This document shows, in pieces, positions 10,039 to 19,552 of a DNA stretch of 64,000 bases (the first letter of the stretch is position 1; every line of letters starts with the position of its first letter). The stretch comes from Candidatus Bathyarchaeia archaeon. Lineage in GTDB: Archaea > Thermoproteota > Bathyarchaeia > Bathyarchaeales > Bathycorpusculaceae. The stretch is taken from contig JBEKHN010000001.1 of the NCBI GenBank assembly GCA_050012255.1, positions 224,001 through 288,000 on the forward strand, in the 5' to 3' direction. The notes beneath the pieces were generated by a model, which worked only from the letters and a program-made list of their open reading frames with translations, was not told where the DNA came from and ran no database searches. Made by a program: the position numbers and the translations under genes.

Positions 10039-11334
10039 TCAATGTCGGTCTGAGATTGACTTTTTGCGTTGTCTTGTGTAGACAGCGAGCAGCGTGAGCA
10101 TAACTAAACCTGAAAACACTGCGAGAGCAAAAAATCCGATTAGCAGCAGGAGTGGGGTTGGTGACAAGCTAACTTCAGACGTTACGGAGAATGAAGCGAA
10201 ACTTATGATTCTCGCTCCCGTGTCTACAGCTCTTATCGTGTAGTTTCCGAGTGAAACGCTGGGCACCTGAAAAGAGGTGCTCCAGTCTCCTGAGCTTGGC
10301 TTGGCGACTGAGGCTACCTGCGTGTTGTTGAGGTAAACTTGAATTTCGCCGCCCGAAGCATAATGTCCTGAGACGGTTACGAATATGCCCGGTGGTCCAG
10401 ATGCGGGCGTAGCGGTGAAGGGGACGAAGAACAGTATGGGCAGTGTTGTGTTGACCAACATAGGCAGTGTTATGTTCGTCGCGGAAATGTACGGCCAAGT
10501 CATGTTCGTTACTTCTTCATACGTGAAGATGGTCGCGGGTACGATGGTTATGTTCATCAAAAGAGCGCGCACTGTTGTCCAATTAACAAGTTGTGTCAAA
10601 TTAACAGGGTTTGGAAACACTTCAATAGGCGGTGTCACAATAATAGGTACTGTCCAATTAGCAGGCAGTGTCCAATTAATAGGTAGTGTCGAATTAGGTT
10701 CTCCTCCTGTCTGATTGTTGTTTGGAACATTGGGTTCGTCAGGAGTCTGTGGCGGTTCTGTTTCTCCAGAATGAAGCAAAACCTTCACAGAACCACCCAA
10801 AGCAGTGTGCTTTATCGGCAATGCTAGGCTGTTGCCAAGTTTTGTGCCTCCAAGCGTTAATGCTGTTGTTCCCGAATGTATCGCCTCGAACGTTAGGGTC
10901 ACAAGACTCATTGAACCATTGAACGAGGGTTCTGGATAAACTCCTGTTTGCGCTTTAGAGTAACATCCGTGCGTAGCATTGTAGTTCGCTTGCAAACCGT
11001 GACCATACAGTAGATTGAAATCTCCCCACTCAGGTGGTGCATTGATTGTCGCGTTTATGCAGCTGAGTACAGTTCTGTTCCAATAAAGGTCGAACTGCCA
11101 GCCGCAGAGGTCAGAGACATTGGTCAGTGTAACATTTACAATGAAAGTGTCGTTCCTAAACACGGTCAGTTGATCTGGCTCCACGAAAATAGTGGTGGTA
11201 CCAGAAGCGGCAAGTGACCAACTACCTGAGCTATCTTGCGTCCCTGAACCGACTGCTGGACCAATGTGTATTACAGATACGATAGTTAACAACAAGGCTG
11301 CTACTAGTACACTTACCAGTTTCATTTTGCTCAT
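10039..11334 (-). CDS. Secreted cohesin-domain cell-surface protein with C-terminal TM anchor
   Basis: Signal peptide; VNVTLTNVSDLCGWQFDLYWN cohesin-like motif; P/T/N-rich linker; Ig-like domain; TM helix and basic tail. Confidence 0.8.
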   Translation of the reverse strand: MSKMKLVSVLVAALLLTIVSVIHIGPAVGSGTQDSSGSWSLAASGTTTIFVEPDQLTVFRNDTFIVNVTLTNVSDLCGWQFDLYWNRTVLSCINATINAPPEWGDFNLLYGHGLQANYNATHGCYSKAQTGVYPEPSFNGSMSLVTLTFEAIHSGTTALTLGGTKLGNSLALPIKHTALGGSVKVLLHSGETEPPQTPDEPNVPNNNQTGGEPNSTLPINWTLPANWTVPIIVTPPIEVFPNPVNLTQLVNWTTVRALLMNITIVPATIFTYEEVTNMTWPYISATNITLPMLVNTTLPILFFVPFTATPASGPPGIFVTVSGHYASGGEIQVYLNNTQVASVAKPSSGDWSTSFQVPSVSLGNYTIRAVDTGARIISFASFSVTSEVSLSPTPLLLLIGFFALAVFSGLVMLTLLAVYTRQRKKSISDRH

Positions 11335-11387
11335 TCTAGAATTCTCTCCGTGTCACTTAAACTTTCGCATCATAGGAGGGGCTGTTT

Positions 11388-11824
11388 TTTTGGGTTTGGG
11401 GGTAAAGGTTTGTTTCTTTCTGCATATGATTTTTACCGATACAGTCTATCGTTAGCGTTGAATTTTATACTAAGCCCTAGGACGCGGTGTTCCAGAAGTT
11501 AGAACGGTCGCATTAACCATACGCGGGCGGCTTCGTACTAGAAGATTGTCGTGACGATGGCTCCTCAATTCTGGCAATGGAGAGTCCAGAATGTTCCGTT
11601 ACGGTTCTATCTGTGGCTTGTACCAATCGCTGTATTCTGGATTGGACGACTGGAAGAAGGACCAAAGCATCTGAAAGATAGGTGAAAGCGCGCGCTGAGA
11701 AACGACACACATCGTTGCAGCAATGCTCAGAATCATTTCTGCGAAGGCATCGCATAAGAGTCTAAAAAAGGATTGACCCACGAAGTCTGGATGATCGGAT
11801 AAAGTTTTAACCCCAAACCCAAAA
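11388..11824. repeat. 19-bp inverted repeat pair enclosing about 400 bp of decayed sequence
   Basis: TTTTGGGTTTGGGGGTAAA (11388-11406) versus reverse complement of 11806-11824, 18/19 identical. Confidence 0.65.
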
Positions 11825-12039
11825 CCCTTGCTTGTATATTATAATGTAATATGGCGCGCGTGGCAATTCTGGGAATTGTTTGCCATTAACTTGTAACAGT
11901 TCACAAGCAATCCAAGAGGTAAAGAACAACATGGAAGAGAAAAGAACTTGGTAAAAAGACCATTCATTTTGCAGTATTGGACTATTATAAAATGAGAGAA
12001 AGGAAGACTGGGGCAATTGGATAGGCCAAAGCCACGCCT

Positions 12040-12765
12040 TTAGCGCGCACGTGTTGCTAAGGTATGCTTTCTTCTGTAAATTATGATTGCTAGTAGGGTC
12101 GCTATCATGAATAATGGGAGAATAATGATTGACGTAAATTCTGGTATCCAATCTTGAGTAGAAATTAGGTTTCCCCAACTTGAGGGGTTAATGGGCAGAT
12201 AACTTGCTTCTGGCGGCCAGTAGTGTAAGTTCGGATAGTCCACTGATTCAAGAGCTATTCCAATAGTTTTCAGGACACCAGCAGTTACGTTTAACCTTGA
12301 ATATGTAATGTTGAACTCAGCTTGCCAACCCGTGTTCGTTGAAGACACCAGGGCATTCCATCCGCCAGTCGGAGGAGTAACACCATCCGGAAAATGGATT
12401 TCATTCAGTCCGCCGTTGCGATATGTAGCGAACATGTAGTCATCAGACTTCACAGATGGGCCACCATTATTTTCTAAGTCAAGGTAAATGGCCGCTCCAT
12501 CATAACCCAGACTCACTGAGGCATCTGAAATATTGAAAGCTACGTAGAGACTAGTGCCATCCTGTTTAACAAAAACCGTTGTCTGATTTGAGATGGATGT
12601 CACAGAAGCATCACTCCACTCGCCAACATTAATGATACCGTCAATAGTAGGGGCTGAACCATGGACAGCATCGATTTGATAGGCGGGATTGTAGGCCTCA
12701 ACTCTGATTGTTGCGAAAGCTAAAAAAAGTACTAAAGCAATTGCTGATAGCAGCTTCTTGGTCAT
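12040..12765 (-). CDS. Secreted DOMON/CBM9-like protein with PEF-CTERM sorting signal
   Basis: Signal peptide; PTIDG...GEWSDA, LYVAF and WQAEFNI motifs; IPEF, TM helix and RRK tail. Confidence 0.82.
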   Translation of the reverse strand: MTKKLLSAIALVLFLAFATIRVEAYNPAYQIDAVHGSAPTIDGIINVGEWSDASVTSISNQTTVFVKQDGTSLYVAFNISDASVSLGYDGAAIYLDLENNGGPSVKSDDYMFATYRNGGLNEIHFPDGVTPPTGGWNALVSSTNTGWQAEFNITYSRLNVTAGVLKTIGIALESVDYPNLHYWPPEASYLPINPSSWGNLISTQDWIPEFTSIIILPLFMIATLLAIIIYRRKHTLATRAR

Positions 12766-12834
12766 TTGACATCGCTCTCCATGTTTTCTGTCTCTCCCTT
12801 TTTATAATTTGTGCCCACGTCTAAGCGCGCGCGC

Positions 12835-13528
12835 TTGTTTTGAGCAAAATTGAAGGGCAAAACCAAGTCTTAAAAAAATACGGTTTGAAGCGTCACGACT
12901 TCTCAGTTATGCAAAAAGTGAAAAGTCTTGAAGATGAGGATTCAGCCAAGCTCAGAGTCAGGTTGATGAGTATTGAAGGTCATGCTTCTGACAGATACTT
13001 CAATCAGATATTCGGTTTGATTCCTGAATTGATTAGACCTGAATACAGGAAGACTTTCAAGGCTTATGATGGTTTGAATAACATTTTCAACTTGGCCTAT
13101 GAAATGCTGTCGTGGAAAGTGCATCATGCTTTGATTAAGGCTAAGCTTGAACCCTACCTTGGTTTTCTGCATAGCATTGCTGAGGGTAAGCCTAGTCTAA
13201 TCTGTGACTTCATGGAGCTTTACCGTTATCTTGTTGATGACTTTGTTATTGAGTATTGTCAAAGACTTCAGAAGCGAGACTTCATAATGAAGAATGAGGA
13301 CTTTTCAACGAGCCGAAAGGGAAAGAGGGAATACCTCAACGATTCTCTGACGCACAGTCTAATCAGAGGCTTGAACGAATACTTCCAGACCAAAGTCGGG
13401 ATTCCAGAATTAGAATGGGAAAGGAACAGGAAATTGAGACGTTAATCAATGAAGAGGCTTTGCTGTTGGCTATGTATTTGAGGAATGCAAAGCAAACTTG
13501 GATTCCCAGAATTGCAAACCTTTGCTAG
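12835..13528 (+). pseudogene. cas1: Stand-alone Cas1 (Cas1-solo/casposase-like), 5'-truncated and frameshifted
   Basis: IEG, NNIFNLAY, EPYLGFLH and DFMELYR motifs; frameshift near 13405, other frame continues RIRMGKEQEIETLINEEALLLAMYL...WIPRIANLC*. Confidence 0.85.
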
Positions 13529-13563
13529 AGCTTGGATGTAGGTGTAGTTTAGCGTAGGATAAA

Positions 13564-13824
13564 CTATGTGTGCTGAAGACATTTCACGAATGACTTGCCG
13601 AAATTATCACCAGTCTTGCAGTGCAGCTTTCTCTCTATGCTTCCATCGACAGCATATTGCAGAATATCAACATGCTGGCCGTGTCTATCTGAATAGTGCT
13701 CATCTGTTATGACAACATCGTCGTTTTTGCCCAGAAATATCCTGAACTCTTTTTTGCTTCCGAAACCCTCAGGGAGTTTCCACTTTCCTTTCCAAATGTA
13801 CATGTCAGCGTAATCTTCAGGCAT
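13564..13824 (-). CDS. Hypothetical protein
   Basis: 86-aa ATG ORF with plausible composition, convergent on cas1. Confidence 0.5.
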   Translation of the reverse strand: MPEDYADMYIWKGKWKLPEGFGSKKEFRIFLGKNDDVVITDEHYSDRHGQHVDILQYAVDGSIERKLHCKTGDNFGKSFVKCLQHT

Positions 13825-13996
13825 TTCAACACGACGTAGGTAGTAAGTCTAAGTTCAGACATAAGTTTTTGGGCGGTCCCCCTGTCTTTTAAGCCACTCC
13901 ATATCGACACGCTCACACAGTGTGAGAGTGCGGTCACTATGTATAGGTAGGTAGGGTGAGTGAGAGTAAGAGTGATAAGAGGAGTAAGAGTGGCGT

Positions 13997-14022
13997 TGGT
14001 TGGTTGGGGTAAAGTTTTATCT
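13997..14022 (+). repeat. Dispersed repeat D, copy 1
   Basis: TGGTTGGTTGGGGTAAAGTTTTATCT is the exact reverse complement of 58903-58928. Confidence 0.85.
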
Positions 14023-14151
14023 CACGCACAAATCTCAGCTGAGAAGCGCGCCAGAATTACTTTAAAACAACGTCAAGCAGCTTTCTCTGAAGAGCAAACG
14101 AGTAAAAAGAAGCTGAGCAAGGAAGCATATTAGACCGAATATCTGTGTGCG

Positions 14152-14310
14152 CTAAGTGGATTTCTCGCGGCACTCTTTACAGATGGTGCTGTCAAGCTCT
14201 TGTCCACGTGCCTTAATCTTATATGGTTTGAACATTTTGCCGCACATCCGACAGCGCTCAAGCTCTTCTTCAGATACGAGAAAAGTCTCCGGTTCGACCC
14301 TTGCTTCCAA
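14152..14310 (-). CDS. Small zinc-finger protein (52 aa, below ORF-track cutoff)
   Basis: Manual translation MEARVEPETFLVSEEELERCRMCGKMFKPYKIKARGQELDSTICKECREKST with two CxxC pairs. Confidence 0.6.
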   Translation of the reverse strand: MEARVEPETFLVSEEELERCRMCGKMFKPYKIKARGQELDSTICKECREKST

Positions 14311-14703
14311 CAGAATCACTGCTTAAACATCAATGCTACTGAACAATAAACGTTGTGAAGCCTCAATCAGGACGTTTAATCCTCAAAGCGCGCGTGAAGG
14401 ACCATAGAGGGCAGTTTTTCTCAGCCCAGTCCAGTGTCGGCGTCCAACAGCGAGGAACTTCGATTCCGAAACTGAAACCTCACGATCTCTTCCAGCTGGA
14501 GTGGGACCCAACACTCATGAGCCTTTCCGATGCGGTAACAATGGTCTATGCAGATCAGATAATGAGAGAATACGAAAAATGTGCAAAGCCCGCCCCTTGT
14601 CTGCTCAGTGCTAGGCCACCAACTTTGAATAAGCGCTGTCAAATTACCAATCAAAAAAGCTCTTGCGTGCAACCCCCTGATCAATGAGCGTGTGGAAGAG
14701 GTG

Positions 14704-14898
14704 GTGACGGTCGAGCGCATTGAAAAGTTACGACCCTTCCCCAGACCCTCTGCCGAGCACTCAGCACGCACTCAGCTTCAAGCCCATACAAATCCACTAG
14801 GACCTTCAAAAAAGTCCACGTGCAGTACTAGCACCCTAGGGGGGAGGGGGAGGGTGGAATAGACGGGGCCAAAACGCGAACACAGGGATGTAGCGTTC
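14704..14898 (+). repeat. Dispersed repeat C (G-tract containing), copy 1
   Basis: 14818-14898 matches the reverse complement of 57141-57221 at 79/81; 14704-14731 matches that of 57308-57335 at 26/28. Confidence 0.9.
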
Positions 14899-15088
14899 AG
14901 GTTCGGCATGGCTCAATGAGCAGGAAAGCAAGAACCGCAGCCATTATTATGGTTGAAAGGATTTCTGGGGCTTCCCCAAGCATCTGTCTTCTGTGAACAT
15001 TAGACTCTTCAGCAGGGTCATACGAAAGTTTTAATATGCCATGCTCTTAGCTTCGTTTCTCCATCAGAATTGTCACGGGTGAAATTGC

Positions 15089-15877
15089 TTGAAACGCATA
15101 CTCGTTTGCCTCAAACAGGCAGTTGACGTTTCACAGTTGAAGGTTGACCCCGCAACGAGGAGGCTGGTTACGGCTGGCGCCCCTAAGAAAATAAGCGATT
15201 TCGACAAGAACGCATTGGAGGAAGCCATCAGAATCAAAGAGAAGCTCGGCGGCGTCGAAGTGTTCACGCTGACTGTAAGCCCTGAAGACGCAAGGCCCGT
15301 GTTGAGGGAAGCGCTCGCGATCGGCGCTGACAGAGCCTACATCGTCAATGACCCAAGCGTTCAGGGAACAGACACTATGGGCACGGCTTACATCCTCGCT
15401 GAAATGATAAAGAAGATCGCCGACTTCGACCTGATTCTCTGTGGCGAAACATCCCTGGACAGCTTCAGCGGACTCGTCGGCTCCAGACTGTCAGAACTGT
15501 TAAACCTGCCCCAGATAACCTCTGTCAGAAAAGTTGCGGTGGAAGGCGACACGGTCGTCGCCGAAAGGTCGCTTGAGGACGCAAGCGAGACCGTGAAGGC
15601 GAAAATGCCTGCCTTAATCTCGGTAACGCGGGAAATAAACCAGCCGAGAATCCCGTCGCTCATGATGATAATGAAAGCCTCGAAGAAAGAAATCGTCACT
15701 TGGACGCTGAAAGGCCTCAACGTTTCCACCGAAAAAATCGCCGCAAAAACCGAAGTCATAGACGCCCTGGCACCGAAGATGGAGAGAAAGAAGATCAAAA
15801 TCACAGGCGAATCCGTGCAGGAGATCGCGGAGAAGCTGGCCAAAGCACTGATTCAAGAGGGCGTCGTCGGAAGGTGA
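15089..15877 (+). CDS. etfB: Electron transfer flavoprotein beta subunit
   Basis: VCLKQAVD, DKNALEEA, ALAIGAD, DLILCG and NQPRIPSL motifs. Confidence 0.96.
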   Translation: MKRILVCLKQAVDVSQLKVDPATRRLVTAGAPKKISDFDKNALEEAIRIKEKLGGVEVFTLTVSPEDARPVLREALAIGADRAYIVNDPSVQGTDTMGTAYILAEMIKKIADFDLILCGETSLDSFSGLVGSRLSELLNLPQITSVRKVAVEGDTVVAERSLEDASETVKAKMPALISVTREINQPRIPSLMMIMKASKKEIVTWTLKGLNVSTEKIAAKTEVIDALAPKMERKKIKITGESVQEIAEKLAKALIQEGVVGR

Positions 15878-15882
15878 ACCAG

Positions 15883-16848
15883 ATGAGCGAAAACAGAGGA
15901 GTCTGGGTCTACTCAGAAGCACACGACCTGACCATCGAAATGCTCGGGAAAGCAAGAGAACTAGCAGACAAGCTGCAAACGGAACTCACAGCCATCCTCA
16001 TAGGAAACAACGTACAAGACAAAGCAAACGAAATGATAAGCTACGGAGCAGACAAAGTCCTCTTGGTCGACAACCCGGCTCTGGAGCGTTTTCAGGCTGA
16101 AGCCTACTTGGGCATCCTGCACAACTTGGCCATGACCTACCGGCCAGAAATCCTGCTGATCGGGTCGACGAGAAACGGAAAACCCCTCGCAGCCAGACTC
16201 GCAACCCGGCTAGACACCGGATGCGTACCAGACTGCGCAAGACTGAGTGTTGACGAGAACAAAAGACTCATCGGCGAAAGGATAACCTACGGCGGAAACG
16301 CCGTGGCCAAGGTGACCTTCAAGTCCAAGCCACAGGTAGCAACCGTGCCCGCAAGAGCGTTCGAGAAGCCCACGCCTCAAACCCGAAACGGACAGGTAAT
16401 CAAACTGGACGTGAAGATTGAGGAACCGAAGACCCAAGTGGTTGAAAGAAAACCCTTGGAAACGTCAAGCGTGAACGTCGAGGAAGCCCAGTACCTGGTC
16501 TGCTGCGGAAGAGGCCTAGAGAAAAAAGACGACAAGGTCCTGCTCGAAGAACTCGCAAACGTTCTAGGCGGCCAAGTCGGCTGCTCACGCCCACTGGTCG
16601 AGGATAGAAAGTGGTTCACAGAATGGATAGGACTCTCAGGACACAAGGTCAAACCTAAGCTCTACATGGCATGCGGCATCTCCGGCGTGATCCAACACGT
16701 CGCCGGCATACGCGACTCCAAAATAATCGTGGCGATAAACAAGGACCCAGAAGCACCTATATTTGAAATCGCAGACTACGGAGTCGTAGGCAACCTGTAC
16801 GAAGTGTTGCCAGCCCTTAGAGATGCATTAAAAAGGCAGCTTCAATGA
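15883..16848 (+). CDS. etfA: Electron transfer flavoprotein alpha subunit
   Basis: CGRG, GCSRP, IGLSG..VKPKLY..GISGVIQH and INKDPEAPIF motifs; ATG 15883 after AGGTGA. Confidence 0.96.
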   Translation: MSENRGVWVYSEAHDLTIEMLGKARELADKLQTELTAILIGNNVQDKANEMISYGADKVLLVDNPALERFQAEAYLGILHNLAMTYRPEILLIGSTRNGKPLAARLATRLDTGCVPDCARLSVDENKRLIGERITYGGNAVAKVTFKSKPQVATVPARAFEKPTPQTRNGQVIKLDVKIEEPKTQVVERKPLETSSVNVEEAQYLVCCGRGLEKKDDKVLLEELANVLGGQVGCSRPLVEDRKWFTEWIGLSGHKVKPKLYMACGISGVIQHVAGIRDSKIIVAINKDPEAPIFEIADYGVVGNLYEVLPALRDALKRQLQ

Positions 16849-16888
16849 TTGTTCGCTTTCCAAAGGGAAAAAACGAGAAGGGCTTTGT

Positions 16889-18115
16889 CTACTTGTACGC
16901 GATGAAGTCCTTTCCCAGCAGTTCTCTTGCAATCACCGTTCTCTGTATGTTCGTGGCTCCTTCAGCTCCAACGCAATAGGACATTATGCCGCGCAGACCC
17001 ATCTCCAACGGGCATTCTCTGGTGTAGCCCCATGCTCCCAGCCAAATCATGGCATGCTTGTAAACGTCAAAGGCCAGATGCGGCGCTAGGAGCTTGCAGG
17101 CCGCGATCATTTTGGTCACCTCAAGCGGCGTAAACTTGCTTTCCTTGTAGCGCATGTCCAACATCCACGCAGTTCTGTACGTCAAAGACCGCAGAGCCTC
17201 AAGGTGCGCCCAATCGTCAGCTACTTCAAACTGGATGCCCTGGAACTTGCCGATCGCTCTGCCGAAGGCTTTTCGCTCCTTTATGTAATCAATGCCGACG
17301 TCGAGTGCGCGTCTGGCAGCCCCGACACACACACTGGAGATCAGGACGCGTGCGGCGTCGAAGCCTTCCATCGTCAGGTAGAAACCCCTGTCCACATCGC
17401 CTAAACGATAAGCATCAGGTATCTTGACGTTATTCATGACAAAGCCACCTGTTGAAATCGCCATCCTTCCCATGTCCTCGTAGCGCTTGTTAATCTCAAC
17501 CCCAGCCGCGTTCATGGGCACGTAGAAACCAGTCATTCCACGATGGGCAGCTTCCGGCGATATTGGTGATGTTCGTGCAAGGACGAAGTAGCCGCCGCCG
17601 AGCTTCTTTGCCTCCTCAGTGCCGCTTATGTACGTTTTTTCACCGTTCAGGACCCAGTCATTACCCACTTTCTTTGCCGAAGACTTTAAGGCCGCAACGT
17701 CTGACCCTCCGCCGGCTTCTGTGGAACCGATGCCTATGAACGCGTCGCCTCTGATTGCCGGGCGTATGACGTCGTTGCGGACGCTTTCGCTCGCGTGCCT
17801 GTCGACCACGTATCCCCAGGATGATTCTACCAGCCAAAGCACCGGCAGAGCAATGCTCACGTCTGCGTAGCCAAGCTCTTCTCCTGCAATGCACGCCGTG
17901 ACCCAGTCTGCGCCTGTTCCGCCGTGCTCCTCCGGAGCCGTCATTATGTTCAGTCCCATTTCGCCCATGCTCTTGAGCATCGACTGAGGGATCCAACCCT
18001 GAGTGTCCATTTCCCTAATCTTTTCTATCGGCAGGTTCTTCTCGCACCATTCACGCACAGCCTTGCGAAAGAGTTCCTGTTCCTCTGTGAACCCAAATTC
18101 AACCATCTTCTCCAC
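16889..18115 (-). CDS. Acyl-CoA dehydrogenase
   Basis: TEAGGGSD, LNGEKTYIS, RKAFGRAIGKFQGIQF and EGATNIQR motifs. Confidence 0.95.
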   Translation of the reverse strand: MEKMVEFGFTEEQELFRKAVREWCEKNLPIEKIREMDTQGWIPQSMLKSMGEMGLNIMTAPEEHGGTGADWVTACIAGEELGYADVSIALPVLWLVESSWGYVVDRHASESVRNDVIRPAIRGDAFIGIGSTEAGGGSDVAALKSSAKKVGNDWVLNGEKTYISGTEEAKKLGGGYFVLARTSPISPEAAHRGMTGFYVPMNAAGVEINKRYEDMGRMAISTGGFVMNNVKIPDAYRLGDVDRGFYLTMEGFDAARVLISSVCVGAARRALDVGIDYIKERKAFGRAIGKFQGIQFEVADDWAHLEALRSLTYRTAWMLDMRYKESKFTPLEVTKMIAACKLLAPHLAFDVYKHAMIWLGAWGYTRECPLEMGLRGIMSYCVGAEGATNIQRTVIARELLGKDFIAYK

Positions 18116-18164
18116 CTTTTGAAGGAAAGCTTTACGAAAGCCAATATAAAAGTTGTTTGCAGCT

Positions 18165-19040
18165 CTAACTCGAAACCTTTGCCAGAAGCACTTCTGCCGG
18201 GCTTTGATTCAAATGCAAGCCCAGCTTCCTGTCGTCTATGCCGAGCGCAAGGCCGAGCAGCTGCGTGTAGTAAACTACAGGAACGTCGAGTTTCACTCCC
18301 ACAGTCGTCCCCGCGTCCTTCTGCTTCGCGTCAAACATCAGCTGACACTCAGGGCACGATACGACTAGGCCTGCCACGTTCAAGCCTTGCACGGCTTTCA
18401 GCTTGGAACCCGCAAGTGAAAGGGCAGAATCGGGATGACTGCGCATCAACGCCGCGCCACAGCAATCAAGCTTTTCAGCATAGTCCACGGCTTCAGCACC
18501 CATTGCTTCTATCAACTCGTCGAGCTTTCTCGGGTTTTCTGCGTCGTCAACCCTTCCTAAGTCACTGTACCGTATTACCTGGCAGCCCACGTGGGTTGCG
18601 ACCTTCAAACCCCTGAGGGGTTTCTTCACAGCTTTCCTGATTTTCTCCAACCCCACGAGGTCGTGTAGAAGGTCGATCGTGTGCCAGATCTTGATGTTCG
18701 GGCCGTAGTCTAACCCCTCCTCTTTCAGCAAACTGATGATCTTCTGAGCGGTCTGAGGGTTCTTCTTCATAGTGTCTTGAGCCTCAGTGAGTGTGAAGTG
18801 GCAGCGGTTGCACGGGACAAGCAAATTGTCCAGGCCGGTTGAATTTGCTAGGGCTAGAATCCTAGCCGCTAGGAAGTTGGCCGCAAACTCGTTGACACTC
18901 TTCACTGGGTCGCCGCAGCAGACGGATTCGCTGAGGTCGACCAGCTCGACGCCAAACTTGGGAAGAGTTGCGCGAAGCGACATCTCGTAGGCGAACTGGT
19001 TAGCCTGTATGCAACAGCCCCAGTAAACGGCGATTTTCAC
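18165..19040 (-). CDS. hdrB: Heterodisulfide reductase subunit B
   Basis: Two CCG domains (WGC..CCG..PCNRC; HVGC..CCG..SCPECQLMFD). Confidence 0.93.
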   Translation of the reverse strand: MKIAVYWGCCIQANQFAYEMSLRATLPKFGVELVDLSESVCCGDPVKSVNEFAANFLAARILALANSTGLDNLLVPCNRCHFTLTEAQDTMKKNPQTAQKIISLLKEEGLDYGPNIKIWHTIDLLHDLVGLEKIRKAVKKPLRGLKVATHVGCQVIRYSDLGRVDDAENPRKLDELIEAMGAEAVDYAEKLDCCGAALMRSHPDSALSLAGSKLKAVQGLNVAGLVVSCPECQLMFDAKQKDAGTTVGVKLDVPVVYYTQLLGLALGIDDRKLGLHLNQSPAEVLLAKVSS

Positions 19041-19041
19041 C

Positions 19042-19551
19042 CTACTTCTCCTCCATAGCCTTCATGAAGGTGGCTTGAAAAGTCTGCTTCGGAGGCTTGA
19101 TCTTCGGCAGTTTCGCGGATTCGCGGTCAACGGTTTCCATCTTTCTGGTCACGATCTTCTGAGGAGGCTCTGCCAATCCGGTTTCCAGTATCTGTGAAAC
19201 GATTTTCAAGTATCCCTCGGGCACTTTTGCCCCTCTTTCAACGGCAAGGTTTCTGAGGGCTATTATGACGTGGTAGGGCGAAGCCTTCTGCGGGCACCTT
19301 TGGACGCATTTCAGGCACGTGACGCAGGTCCAAATGATGTCTGAAGATGGCAACTCCTCCACGAGACCCAGGTTGACGAGCTTCACTATTTCGTGCGGCT
19401 TCAGCTCCAGCAGCTTCAGGGCCGTGCAACCGCTCGTGCATCTTATACACTGATAACAGTTTACGAGCTCCCTTCCGCCGAGCTTCAACAGAATTCTGTC
19501 TCGCAATTCGAAGTTGGGCTTGGCCGTAGACATCAAGTCAACCAGACTCAA
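19042..19551 (-). CDS. hdrC: Heterodisulfide reductase subunit C
   Basis: CYQCIRCTSGC and WTCVTCLKCVQRCP 4Fe-4S motifs. Confidence 0.92.
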   Translation of the reverse strand: MSLVDLMSTAKPNFELRDRILLKLGGRELVNCYQCIRCTSGCTALKLLELKPHEIVKLVNLGLVEELPSSDIIWTCVTCLKCVQRCPQKASPYHVIIALRNLAVERGAKVPEGYLKIVSQILETGLAEPPQKIVTRKMETVDRESAKLPKIKPPKQTFQATFMKAMEEK

Positions 19552-19552
19552 G

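Noticed and set aside
14285-14300. tRNA T-loop-like GGTTCGACCC
   Set aside because: No cloverleaf can be built, and it lies within the antisense strand of a small Zn-finger ORF.
12840-15000. CRISPR array near cas1
   Set aside because: No regularly spaced direct repeats with unique spacers were seen here or elsewhere in the window.
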